Below are positions 27,035-36,357 of a DNA stretch of 64,000 bases, piece after piece (position 1 is the stretch's first letter; the number at the start of each line of letters is the position of its first letter). A program made the position numbers and the translations under genes. The stretch is taken from positions 28,126 through 92,125 of the forward strand of contig JANYBP010000129.1 of assembly GCA_025360745.1 (NCBI GenBank), written 5' to 3'. Under the pieces are notes generated by a model. The model did not search any database. It saw nothing but the letters and a program-made list of their open reading frames with translations, and was not told the origin of the DNA. The stretch is from a bacterium (lineage in GTDB: Bacteria > Verrucomicrobiota > Kiritimatiellia > CAIKKV01 > CAIYGI01).

Positions 27035-28933
27035 ATGGCAAATCTCATAACGAAAGACAAAGTGCTCGATGTCGCCGCGAAGTTTATCGAACTCGCCGGC
27101 GACGTAAAGGACGCCAGCGCGATTGAACACGTTCAGACTCAAATTGCCCAATACAGACTGGGCCTCTTCCGTATCGTCGTTGTCGGCGAGGTCAAGAAGG
27201 GCAAGTCCTCCTTCATCAATGCACTGCTCGGCGAACCGGGCCTTTTGCCGACGGCAAGTGATGTCGCCACGTCAACCGTGTACAAACTGATGTACGGTAC
27301 GCCGAAGAAGATAAAGGTCTTCCCTCTTGCCGCCGAAACAGAAGCCACGGCGACCGCGCCGGCGCCGATCGAGATTGCCGAAGATCAACTTGGCGAATAT
27401 GGCACGGAGGCTGGCAACCCGAACAATCGGCGACGCGTTGATTTTATCGGCATACAGGTGCCACACCCACTACTCAAAGACGGCGTTGCCATCATTGACA
27501 CCCCTGGGCTTGGCGGACTTTTCCAAAAACACCGTGACATCACATGGCGATACATCCCCAACGCCGACGCGGTGTTCTTTCTCTTTGACTCCGTCGAGGC
27601 GGTGGCAAGCAAGACGGAAATGGAATACCTCTCCCGACTGCGTGAACTTTCCCCGCTCATCTTCTTCGTACAGACCAAGATTGACCTTGTCGAGGAGTCG
27701 CAATGGAAGAAGTGGCGGGAACGAAACCTTCAGATCATTTCGGAGCAACTGCAAGTGCCGGCGGAAAAACTGATCTACTTCCCCGTCAGCGCGAAACTCA
27801 AATTCGCTGCCGACGCCAACCACTCGCCAAAACACTTGGATCGCAGCGGATATTCCGCGCTTCTGTATTTCCTGTACAACAAACTCCTGGCGAAGAAAGA
27901 GGATCAACTAGGGCGGCGGCTTCTGTCTGCCCTTTCGGTCGAGGCCGCCGGCATACACCGGAAACTCAGCGATGGAATCCAGATCGCCGCAACCGAGACC
28001 AAAGAAGGGTTGGACAATCTCGAAAGAACGTTCATCGAGACAAAGACCAAGTATGAACAGTGGAAGGCCAGTGATTTCCAACACGCCGTGACGACGTTCC
28101 AAGACCGGGCAACCGAACTCAAGCGCAAAACGCGAGAGATGTTGCAGGAGCAAATGGACCCGTCCCCTTACAGTTCACTCGTTTCGGATATTATAGGGCA
28201 ACTTCGGGGAGGTAGTTTCGATCCCCGCCAGATGAACCAGCAGGCTGACGAAGTCTTGGGGGCGTGTGTTGATAGGTGTTCGCAGATCGTCCTCGACGTG
28301 CAAGGCGCTTATAACGATCAAATGCATGTCGTCGTGGACGAGTTTTCATCCGCCATAGGCAAGAGCCTTCCTGTGCAGATTCAAACGCCAATATCAGGGA
28401 TTGCGCGCACGCATGTCGATAGCCTGAACATGCAGTTCAGCGGCTTCGAAGTGGCGACGAACACCATGTACAAGGGCATGGCTGGAGCTGGACTCGCGAT
28501 GATTGCTGTCAATCTGGTCGGACTTCTCTTTCCACCGGTTCTGGTGGCGGGCAACATTGCGGCCATTGTCGGTACAGTGGCAGGTGGAATAAAAGGCAGC
28601 GCCGACCTCAAGGCCAAGCGCAGGGAAGAGGCGATTGCCAAACTGCAGAACGTACTATCTGATACAGTCCGCCGCGCGCAGTCCCAAGCGATTCGCCAAT
28701 TCGAGAACATCGCAGGCGAGTACGAGAAGGGCGTGCGCGATGCACTCCGTAAGGCCACCGCGGAAGTGGAACAGGAAATTGCGGACAAAATGCAGTCCAT
28801 TTCCGAGCAACGGCAACGGTCCCGCGAGGAGGCCAAACTCAAGACGGACGCACTTCGGCAGATGATGGAGAAGACAGACGGCGTTCTTCGGGATCTCGCC
28901 AGACTCAACGCGTCAACTGCCGAAAAACCGTAG
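27035..28933 (+). CDS. Bacterial dynamin-like GTPase 1 (with hydrophobic paddle)
   Basis: G1 VVVGEVKKGKSSFINALLG, G3 IIDTPGLGG, G4 VQTKID. A long helical stalk. A two-helix hydrophobic segment GMAGAGLAMIAVNLVGLLFPPVLVAGNIAAIVGTVAGGI. ATG at 27035 is preceded by AAGGAGG, which overlaps the upstream stop. The TTG at 27020 in the track is less likely. Confidence 0.8.
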   Translation: MANLITKDKVLDVAAKFIELAGDVKDASAIEHVQTQIAQYRLGLFRIVVVGEVKKGKSSFINALLGEPGLLPTASDVATSTVYKLMYGTPKKIKVFPLAAETEATATAPAPIEIAEDQLGEYGTEAGNPNNRRRVDFIGIQVPHPLLKDGVAIIDTPGLGGLFQKHRDITWRYIPNADAVFFLFDSVEAVASKTEMEYLSRLRELSPLIFFVQTKIDLVEESQWKKWRERNLQIISEQLQVPAEKLIYFPVSAKLKFAADANHSPKHLDRSGYSALLYFLYNKLLAKKEDQLGRRLLSALSVEAAGIHRKLSDGIQIAATETKEGLDNLERTFIETKTKYEQWKASDFQHAVTTFQDRATELKRKTREMLQEQMDPSPYSSLVSDIIGQLRGGSFDPRQMNQQADEVLGACVDRCSQIVLDVQGAYNDQMHVVVDEFSSAIGKSLPVQIQTPISGIARTHVDSLNMQFSGFEVATNTMYKGMAGAGLAMIAVNLVGLLFPPVLVAGNIAAIVGTVAGGIKGSADLKAKRREEAIAKLQNVLSDTVRRAQSQAIRQFENIAGEYEKGVRDALRKATAEVEQEIADKMQSISEQRQRSREEAKLKTDALRQMMEKTDGVLRDLARLNASTAEKP

Positions 28934-28944
28934 AGGGTGACGCT

Positions 28945-30645
28945 ATGGTGGCAACCCATGAAATAGCCTTCTCTTATGAACAGTTCGAGGACGTTGTAAA
29001 ACGGTTCGCGACCTCCATGCCGGAATTCTTGCTCCGGCACAAGTCAACTGCCCATCTTGCCTTTGCGCTTCAACGGCTCCGTCTTCTTGAATCGCTAGAC
29101 ATGCGTTTCACGGTTGCCATTGTGGGGCAGATGCGTGTCGGAAAATCGACACTGTTGAATGCCCTTATAGGCGAGAATCTTGCCCCCACCGGCGTTACCG
29201 AGACTACCGCGACGATTAACTGGTTTCGGCATGGTCAGGGGAACCAATGCCGCAAGTTCAGAGTTCATTGGACGGACGGCAGCACTGCCGACCTGCCCCT
29301 TCAAAAGGCGTCCGAATGGATCGGCACGGAAGAGAACGCTTCCAAGACCCGTTGTCTTGACTTCTTCGCCGACACAGATTTCTTACGCGTCGCCAACGTC
29401 GTGGATACCCCCGGCACAAGGAGCGTGATCGAGGCGCACGAGAAGGCAACGCAAGGGTTTCTTGGGGAGAAGTTGGAGGAAGCCACGCTTCGTTATGGCG
29501 GCAGTGCGGACGCAGTCGTTTACGCCATTAACCCGGTAGGCCGCGAGAGTGACCGCGACATGCTGCAACTGTTCGGTGAGCGTACCAGACTGCCCGGTGC
29601 ATCCGCGTACAACAGCATTGCCGTCGTGCAGAAATGGGAACACCTTCAGCCGGACCCCATTGCCGAGGTCCAGAGGAAGTGCCAAGTCCTCAAGGATCAA
29701 CTCGAAGGCAAGGTCGCGGCCGTAGTTCCAACAAGTGGACTATTGGCACGGCATGTTGCGGAAGTGCCTGTCCAAATCTGGCAGCAAGTAACGGACCTTT
29801 GTTCACGTAGTACCGATGCGGGTTTGGCCGCACTTCTGCTCTCAGAACAGGATTTCACGGACGATTGCCCCGGCGCGGGGCTGGACGCGGCAACCCGCCG
29901 CGGACTCTTGGCGGCAATAAGTTGGAAGATTGTTCCCCTCTGTATCTCTCTGGCCCGCCAGCAAGGGATCGCGGATGGCGAGGCACTTCGCTCCAGCCTC
30001 CTTGCGGCCAGCGGCATCCCCGCACTCCGTGACCTTCTACAGAAGAACTTCTTCTCTCGCGCTCGTTTGATCAAGGCCAGCACGATACTTCGCAAGGCAT
30101 GGGAACCATGCGAGATAGCGTTGCAGACCCTCCGCAGGGAATCAGAAACGCAAACCGCCATGGTCAAGCAGGGGCGCGAGGCGGCGAACGCGGTCGCCGC
30201 GCGTTGTGCCACCGATGCGGGATTGAACTCCGCAAAGAACTACATCGAGGATTCGCTCCGTATTGTCGTGCGGGATATATCGGCCGTGACGGAAATCCAG
30301 CGTGAAGTGGACGCCCTGAAATATCGTGTAACGCGGAACTTCGACCTTTTTGATGCGGACATCGAGTCTCTGAAATTACTGGAGACCCAACGAACAACAT
30401 TTTCTCCAACAGAGGCGCAGGAACTGGAACGTCTCTTCGGGCAGGAAGGCCCCGACCTTTGGTCACGCCTCGGTCTTGCCACAGTTCCGCCCGATATTGC
30501 GACCGCCGTGACCATGAGCAGGGAACGTTTTACTTTCTGGTCACTTCAGAAGCAACGCAACTACGGTGACAAGGCGGAAATCTGCGCTCACGCTGGCGAT
30601 GTTCTGGACCTTATCCTTAATGACCTGGAGACCGGCACCCAATGA
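28945..30645 (+). CDS. Bacterial dynamin-like GTPase 2
   Basis: G1 AIVGQMRVGKSTLLNALIG, G2-like GVTETT, G3 VVDTPGTRS. The G4 position reads VVQKWE, not N/TKxD. Helical C-terminal stalk and no hydrophobic paddle. The start is 11 nt after the upstream stop, with a GAGGGTGA SD. Confidence 0.75.
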   Translation: MVATHEIAFSYEQFEDVVKRFATSMPEFLLRHKSTAHLAFALQRLRLLESLDMRFTVAIVGQMRVGKSTLLNALIGENLAPTGVTETTATINWFRHGQGNQCRKFRVHWTDGSTADLPLQKASEWIGTEENASKTRCLDFFADTDFLRVANVVDTPGTRSVIEAHEKATQGFLGEKLEEATLRYGGSADAVVYAINPVGRESDRDMLQLFGERTRLPGASAYNSIAVVQKWEHLQPDPIAEVQRKCQVLKDQLEGKVAAVVPTSGLLARHVAEVPVQIWQQVTDLCSRSTDAGLAALLLSEQDFTDDCPGAGLDAATRRGLLAAISWKIVPLCISLARQQGIADGEALRSSLLAASGIPALRDLLQKNFFSRARLIKASTILRKAWEPCEIALQTLRRESETQTAMVKQGREAANAVAARCATDAGLNSAKNYIEDSLRIVVRDISAVTEIQREVDALKYRVTRNFDLFDADIESLKLLETQRTTFSPTEAQELERLFGQEGPDLWSRLGLATVPPDIATAVTMSRERFTFWSLQKQRNYGDKAEICAHAGDVLDLILNDLETGTQ

Positions 30646-32246
30646 ATGACGCAATCGCCATAGATTTCGGGACTATGCGCACGAAACTGTCCTATATTGA
30701 CCCCCAACGCAACACCGCCGAACTCATGCGCCTGGGCCAGGACGAACGCCCATTTGTTCCGTCAGTATTTTTCCTTGGCGAAGACGGCCGACGGTTGTTC
30801 GGTGACGATGCAACCGAGTACCTGGATTCAGACCCGCTGGCGTTCTTGCCTCGCCCGTTAAAAAGGGAATTGAGAGAGCAATGGGTTCGCGCGGGAAACC
30901 GCGTGAAAGCAACGCCAACCGAGCTTCTTTCCCTCTTGTTTGCCGGCCTTCGGAACCGCACCAAAGAACTTCCTCATTTCAGAGCGGCACTGCCGGTCGG
31001 TCTGTCTCTCACGATTCCGGCGCAGTATGGGCCGCCAGACAGGGAAATTCTGGCGAAGTCAGCCCACAACGCGGGCTTTGCCGAGGAACGCATTGACTTC
31101 GTGGATGAACCGATAGCCGCAGCCCAAGCATGGCTGTCTGAGTTAGGCGGGCAAGATGAACACGTTATCGTTCTGGACTGTGGCGGCGGCACTCTGGACT
31201 GGGCATGCCTACATCGTAAAGACGGCGACACATTCGAAATGATTCCCGAACTTCCGCCTGGCGGCGATAACCGAGTGGGCGGGTTTGACATTGATGAGGC
31301 TATCTTTGCGTTTGTTGACGACGAAATAGTCGACGACGACACGCGGAAGGAACTCCAGATAAGACGTTGCCTTGTCCGTGATCAGATTCGTGCCATCAAG
31401 GAAAAGTATTCAAGGACTGGCGCAGGAGGCAAACTCCGCGTCGGTAACACGCGCATCGAGATTCCGCATGAGGTTCTGGATGACATAATACGCCGTCGCT
31501 TCGTATTTCAAGCATGCCAGAACCTTAACTCCTACCTCGAAAAGGTGCGCTCCAAGGCGAAACTTGACAAACCAACCGTCCTTCTGGTTGGCGGGAGCGC
31601 ACGCTTACGCGGATTCCAACAGGCGATTACAGAGCAATGCAAATGCAATGCTGTGTGGTGGGAACGCTCCGAATACGCAACCGTATTGGGAGCTCTTATT
31701 CCAACCATTTCGCACTGCCAGTCCAGCACGACTGAACCGGGCAAAAACCTAGCACACAGCCCAAATTTACCGTTACGCCAAGCGGGCTGCACATTGCCAG
31801 CGACCTTCGATAATAGCGCCAGTCAACCATCGGAAAGTACACATGAGTATCCCGTTTTCGAGCAGAAACCTGTAACTTACCTTGACAGGCAGGGGGTCCA
31901 GATTACAAGCACAAGTGTTGTGATCAACGAATACAAGAGTGAACTAAATGCCATTTGGTCTTTAAGGATGGGCTTTGATTACTTGAAAGCAACTGGAGGA
32001 GGACTTCTTGGCGGAGCAGCAGTGTTAATGGCTCCGGTCTTAAAGGCTGGTTCTGCCGCTGCGATAAAAGGTATTATGAGTTGGTCGTACTATGTACTAT
32101 ATGTGAACGAGAAAAGAATTATCTCGGATTCTAAAGATCACATTAAGGAGTTATTCGATGCAATCGTCGCAGCGTTGAGGAAATCAGGCAAGATCAGAGT
32201 TGAAGTTGCGGCAGATTACAATTCAGCGTCAGTAATTCGAGGCTGA
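30642..32246 (+). CDS. Hsp70-family (actin-fold) ATPase lacking a canonical substrate-binding domain, with a novel C-terminal extension
   Basis: Phosphate-1 AIDFGTMRTK, phosphate-2 VIVLDCGGGTLDWA, adenosine motif VLLVGGSARLRGFQQAI, plus IDFVDEPIAAAQAW. The last ~180 aa are unrelated to the DnaK SBD and contain a Gly/Ala hydrophobic stretch (GGGLLGGAAVLMAPVLKAGSAAAIKGI). ATGA overlap with the upstream stop. Confidence 0.8.
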   Translation: MNDAIAIDFGTMRTKLSYIDPQRNTAELMRLGQDERPFVPSVFFLGEDGRRLFGDDATEYLDSDPLAFLPRPLKRELREQWVRAGNRVKATPTELLSLLFAGLRNRTKELPHFRAALPVGLSLTIPAQYGPPDREILAKSAHNAGFAEERIDFVDEPIAAAQAWLSELGGQDEHVIVLDCGGGTLDWACLHRKDGDTFEMIPELPPGGDNRVGGFDIDEAIFAFVDDEIVDDDTRKELQIRRCLVRDQIRAIKEKYSRTGAGGKLRVGNTRIEIPHEVLDDIIRRRFVFQACQNLNSYLEKVRSKAKLDKPTVLLVGGSARLRGFQQAITEQCKCNAVWWERSEYATVLGALIPTISHCQSSTTEPGKNLAHSPNLPLRQAGCTLPATFDNSASQPSESTHEYPVFEQKPVTYLDRQGVQITSTSVVINEYKSELNAIWSLRMGFDYLKATGGGLLGGAAVLMAPVLKAGSAAAIKGIMSWSYYVLYVNEKRIISDSKDHIKELFDAIVAALRKSGKIRVEVAADYNSASVIRG

Positions 32247-32302
32247 TCAGAATTCGCGTCACGCCTTGGTAAAACGGCAAATGGCATTGGTTGTGGCCAT
32301 GA

Positions 32303-32725
32303 GGTCCCGGCGAGCGTACCCGAGCCCTGCTGGTTGCCCAGAATCATCAAATTGGCGAGACAATGAAAGTTGAATTTATAAGGGATGGCCAGCCGCAGTC
32401 CTGTCTAATGAAACTGATGACCCCGATGGAAAAGGGCCAAATGGTGCCAGATCCCCGCTACGATGTGCTTCCGACCTACTACATTTTCGGGGGAATCGTG
32501 TTCAGCCCACTAACCAGTGACCTGATTAAAGCGTGGGGCGATACCTGGAGCAAAGATGCTCCGGCGGATTTCCTGACCCTAATGAACCACCAGATGGCCA
32601 GGATGTGCGCGCAGGGGCTCGTCTGGTCAAAAGATCCAGCCGCCGCCGAACGGTGGCGCAAGAAGGCCGAAAAGGCACGCGTGAGCAAATTGTCTCTGGC
32701 GCGCCAGCGGCATCCCGACAAATAG
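32303..32725 (+). pseudogene. Fragment of a Deg/HtrA-like serine protease gene (PDZ-region remnant)
   Basis: The frame opens right after a TGA at 32300. It reads ...IGETMKVEFIRDGQPQSCLMKL...YDVLPTYYIFGGIVFSPLTSDLIKAWGDTW, which resembles the PDZ part of Deg-type proteases. No protease domain lies upstream. Confidence 0.4.
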
Positions 32726-32735
32726 GCATAGCACC

Positions 32736-33542
32736 GTGAAGTACGTTCTCGACGCCAATATGCTCCGTGCGCTACCAGTCCAAGGCCGGATTTCGGACGC
32801 CCTCCTGCGTCCAGGCGACCATATTGTTCTTATCGACTCCTTGCTCTACGAAATCTGTAGTTCAAAAGGAGTAGCGGACTGGGCGGCTCAATTGCGGAAG
32901 CTTCGCTATTGTTGTGAGCGGGTCGAATACTGGCAACACGTTGGCGCCGCGCTCCGCAAGGAGAGTGAGGAGAAGAAACCCTGTCCCCTGTACCATGAGA
33001 AACAGACGCGGCGCATCAAGGCGTTTCTGACATCGGACGAGCCGACATGCGATGTGACTTCTGCCGTGGCCGTGACGAAGAAGCAAAGAGAAGATGATTC
33101 TGCGCGGGCGATCTTTTCCAGTTCGGGCATCTTCCGACAACTGCTCCCGCAAGTATCCAATCGTCTGCAGGGCAAGTCCTATGAAGACATTTCGGAATTT
33201 GCCACGTGTTTCGTGAACGACCGGGACAACATACTTTTCGTTCTCAGAAAGGGTGCCGAGAATCCCGTTTTCGATGCCGACCTGGTTGATCCTACGTGGG
33301 TCGCATGGCACAACGCCAAGGCGTTTCTTGCTTTCCTCTGCGAGTTTATACGATCCAACCCCAAGGAGGATATCAATACCCTGTCGGCCAATGCGCAACA
33401 TCGTTGGATCAACAGCAAGATTGACCTGGACTACGCGATATCAACCGCCTTTGCAGACGGCATATTGACACAGGAACTCAAGGCTTTGAGGCATTTCTGT
33501 CGCTGGATGTTCGGAGATAGCCGGCGGATTCTTCCGGCGTAA
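32736..33542 (+). CDS. Hypothetical protein, possible PIN-like nuclease fold
   Basis: GTG start. The N-terminus KYVLDANML and the C-terminal DLDYAISTAFADGILTQE resemble the first and last acidic motifs of PIN domains, with a large insert between them. The assignment is tentative. Confidence 0.45.
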   Translation: MKYVLDANMLRALPVQGRISDALLRPGDHIVLIDSLLYEICSSKGVADWAAQLRKLRYCCERVEYWQHVGAALRKESEEKKPCPLYHEKQTRRIKAFLTSDEPTCDVTSAVAVTKKQREDDSARAIFSSSGIFRQLLPQVSNRLQGKSYEDISEFATCFVNDRDNILFVLRKGAENPVFDADLVDPTWVAWHNAKAFLAFLCEFIRSNPKEDINTLSANAQHRWINSKIDLDYAISTAFADGILTQELKALRHFCRWMFGDSRRILPA

Positions 33543-33673
33543 GCGTCATTGCCGCCGATGCGCCGGAGTTCGGAGCAGCGTCCGTCTTGGCTCTTCGAGA
33601 TTGGCCGAGCCGCCGGAAGGCGGCGAGGCACAGGAGCGCCATGCTTAGCTCTCGCTACGCTGCGAGCGAAGTA

Positions 33674-33750
<77 letters not shown>

Positions 33751-33870
33751 ACTGGCCGGGGAACCTAACACCCGGCATCGGTCAGCGTCAAGCTATTGCC
33801 GTATATTTTCGCTTGCGCGAATTGGATTGGTTTGAAATGCTCTGCCCACGTAATGGTGGGGGGACAGGTC

Positions 33871-35040
33871 ATGGCTTCGGAGCTGGCATTCGCGCTGATT
33901 AATCCGTATACGATCGCCAAATCCCGCACGGGCGGGGTGATTGGCCGGCTGATGAGCCGGACGGGGCTGGAATTGGTGGCGGCCCGCCTCTACGCCCCGG
34001 GCAGGAAATTGTCCGAGAGCTACGCCGAATCGCTGCGCAGCGAACATCCCGACCCGGAAATCGGGCGCATGCTGGCGGACTACGTTTCGCGCGCCTACAC
34101 GCCCGAGGCGGAAACGGGCCATGCGCGGCGGGTGATGCTGCTGCTCTTCGAAGGCGAAAACGCGATCCAGAAAGTTCGCGAGGCCACGGGGCACATTCGC
34201 GCCAACTGGAACGGCGGCGAAACGATTCGCGACACCTACGGCGACTACATCATGGACCCCGACGGCCGCGTGCGTTACTTCGAACCGGCGGTGCTGGTGG
34301 GGCCGACGATCGAACGCGCGGCCAAGGTGCTGCGCCTTTGGGCGGCCCATGCGGAGAGCGATGGCGGACTGATCGCCGACGCCGCCGACGTGCCCGCGGG
34401 CGAAGAGGGCGTGCAAAGCACGCTGGTGCTGCTCAAGCCGGACAACTTCCGTTTTCCCAGCGTGCGGCCGGGACATATCATCGACCTGCTGTCGCGCTCG
34501 GGACTGCGCATCGTCGGCGTCCGCAAAATCCGCATGACGGTGGCGCAGGCCGAGGATTTTTACGGACCGGTGCGCGCCGTGCTGCGCGACAAGTTCCGGC
34601 AGATCGTGGCCCGCCAGGCGGGCGAAACCCTGAACCGGGATTTGAACCTGGAAATTTCCGAGGATCTGAAGGCGCTGATCGGCGAGCACCTCGGCCCGCT
34701 GGCGGGCGATCATCAGTTCGAGGAAATCGTGCGTTTCATGACGGGCCACCGGCCTTCCGAGGTGGCCGAAGCCGACAAGGCGCAGGTGGGTTCGGAAGAT
34801 TGCCTGGCGCTCGTGTACAAAGGCATCAGCGCCGTGGAGAAAATCCGTTCCCTGCTCGGAGCGACCGATCCGGCCAAAGCCCAACCCGGCTCGGTCCGCC
34901 GCGAATACGGCCACGATATCATGGTCAACGCCGCGCATGCGTCGGATTCGCCGGAGAATGCGGCCCGCGAGATGCAGATCATCAATGTAGCGAAAGACAA
35001 CATCAGGGAATGGGTGGATAAATATTATGGTTCTAAATGA
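33871..35040 (+). CDS. Tandem nucleoside-diphosphate-kinase-like domain protein
   Basis: Two NDK-like halves: FALINPYTIAKSRTGGVIGRLMSRTGLELVAARL, and STLVLLKPDNFRFPSVRPGHIIDLLSRSGLRIVGVRKIRMTVAQAEDFY ... GSVRREYGHDIMVNAAHASDSPENAAREM (the NxxHxSDS catalytic His motif). I chose ATG at 33871, after a G-rich SD. Confidence 0.7.
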   Translation: MASELAFALINPYTIAKSRTGGVIGRLMSRTGLELVAARLYAPGRKLSESYAESLRSEHPDPEIGRMLADYVSRAYTPEAETGHARRVMLLLFEGENAIQKVREATGHIRANWNGGETIRDTYGDYIMDPDGRVRYFEPAVLVGPTIERAAKVLRLWAAHAESDGGLIADAADVPAGEEGVQSTLVLLKPDNFRFPSVRPGHIIDLLSRSGLRIVGVRKIRMTVAQAEDFYGPVRAVLRDKFRQIVARQAGETLNRDLNLEISEDLKALIGEHLGPLAGDHQFEEIVRFMTGHRPSEVAEADKAQVGSEDCLALVYKGISAVEKIRSLLGATDPAKAQPGSVRREYGHDIMVNAAHASDSPENAAREMQIINVAKDNIREWVDKYYGSK

Positions 35041-36190
35041 GCGTATTACAGCGATAGCGCCGTCCGCCTCGCTGGAAGTCGAGGCGCGCGCCAAGGCCAT
35101 GGCGGCGGCGGGCGAGCAAATCTGCGGGTTTGGAGCCGGCGAGCCGGACTTCGACACCCCCGAACACATCAAGGCGGCGGCGGCCAAGGCGCTGGCGAAC
35201 GGGCAGACCAAGTACAGTCCGACGCTGGGCATCCCTGTGTTACGCAAGGCCATCGTGACCAAGCTCCAGCGGGAAAACGGCCTCGAATACGCCCCCGGCC
35301 AGGTGCTCGTCAGCAACGGCGCCAAGCACTCGCTCTTCAACCTGTTCCTGGCGCTGTGCAAGGAGGGCGACGAGGTGCTGATCCCGAGTCCCTACTGGCT
35401 GAGCTATCCGGAAATGGCGCGCATCGCCGGCGCGAAGCCGGTGGACGTGACCGGCAAGGCCGAGCACGGTTATAAAATCACGCCCGCCGACCTGCGCCGC
35501 GCGGCCAGCAAGCGCACGCGGGTGCTGGTGCTGAACAGTCCCTGCAATCCCTCCGGCATCGTCTACACGCCGGAGGAGCTGGCGGCGCTGGCGGAGGTGG
35601 CGGTCGAGCGAAACTGGACGATCATCTCCGACGAGGTCTACGAGAAGATCGTCTACGACGGAGTGAAGTCCGTGAGCGTGGCGGGGCTCTCCCCGGAGAT
35701 CTTTTCGCGCACGATCACGGTCAACGGCTTCAGCAAATCGTATGCCATGACCGGCTGGCGCCTCGGCTACGCGGCCGGACCGCAAGCGGTGATCAACGCC
35801 GCGCTGACGCTGCAGAGTCACAGCGCTTCGGGAGCGAACACCTTCGCGCAGTACGGCGCCGTGGCGGCTCTGGAAGGCCCCCAGGAGTTCATCGCGCGCA
35901 TGCTCGCGGCCTTTACCGAACGCCGCGCCTGTCTCTACGAGCGTCTGACGGCGATCCCCGGCATCCGTTGTGTGCGGCCGATGGGCGCCTTCTACATGCT
36001 GCCCGATGTCTCCAGTTTCGGCGTGCCGTCGCATATCTTTGCCCAGCGGCTGCTGGAACGGGAAAAGGTCGCCGTGGTGCCGGGCGAATCGTTCGGCGCG
36101 CCAAATTGCGTGCGTTTTTCCTACGCCTGCAGCTTGAAGACGATCGAAGAAGGCATGACCCGCTTCGCGCGCTTTGTCCGGTCGCTGTAA
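35027..36190 (+). CDS. Class I PLP-dependent aminotransferase (aspartate aminotransferase type)
   Basis: GAGEPDFDTPEHIK, KYSPTLGIPVLRKAI, SNGAKHSLFN, PSPYWLSYPEM, NSPCNPSG and FSKSYAMTGWRLGY (PLP lysine). Confidence 0.9.
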   Translation: MVLNERITAIAPSASLEVEARAKAMAAAGEQICGFGAGEPDFDTPEHIKAAAAKALANGQTKYSPTLGIPVLRKAIVTKLQRENGLEYAPGQVLVSNGAKHSLFNLFLALCKEGDEVLIPSPYWLSYPEMARIAGAKPVDVTGKAEHGYKITPADLRRAASKRTRVLVLNSPCNPSGIVYTPEELAALAEVAVERNWTIISDEVYEKIVYDGVKSVSVAGLSPEIFSRTITVNGFSKSYAMTGWRLGYAAGPQAVINAALTLQSHSASGANTFAQYGAVAALEGPQEFIARMLAAFTERRACLYERLTAIPGIRCVRPMGAFYMLPDVSSFGVPSHIFAQRLLEREKVAVVPGESFGAPNCVRFSYACSLKTIEEGMTRFARFVRSL

Positions 36191-36192
36191 AG

Positions 36193-36273
36193 TGGGCGAG
36201 GGGGGACTTGAACCCCCACGCCTTGCGGCACAAGATCCTAAGTCTTGCGTGTCTGCCGTTCCACCACTCGCCC
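36193..36273 (-). tRNA. tRNA-Leu (UAG), CCA not encoded
   Basis: The reverse complement reads GGGCGAGTGGTGGAACGGCAGACACGCAAGACTTAGGATCTTGTGCCGCAAGGCGTGGGGGTTCAAGTCCCCCCTCGCCCA. Anticodon loop CTTAGGA, with a variable arm present. Confidence 0.85.
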
Positions 36274-36357
36274 GTGGATCGCGACCGCCAAGGTAGCAGT
36301 CCCGCCCGCGCGGGGCAAGAGCCGGGAGTGGCAGCCTGACGGAATGAGGAGCACGAG

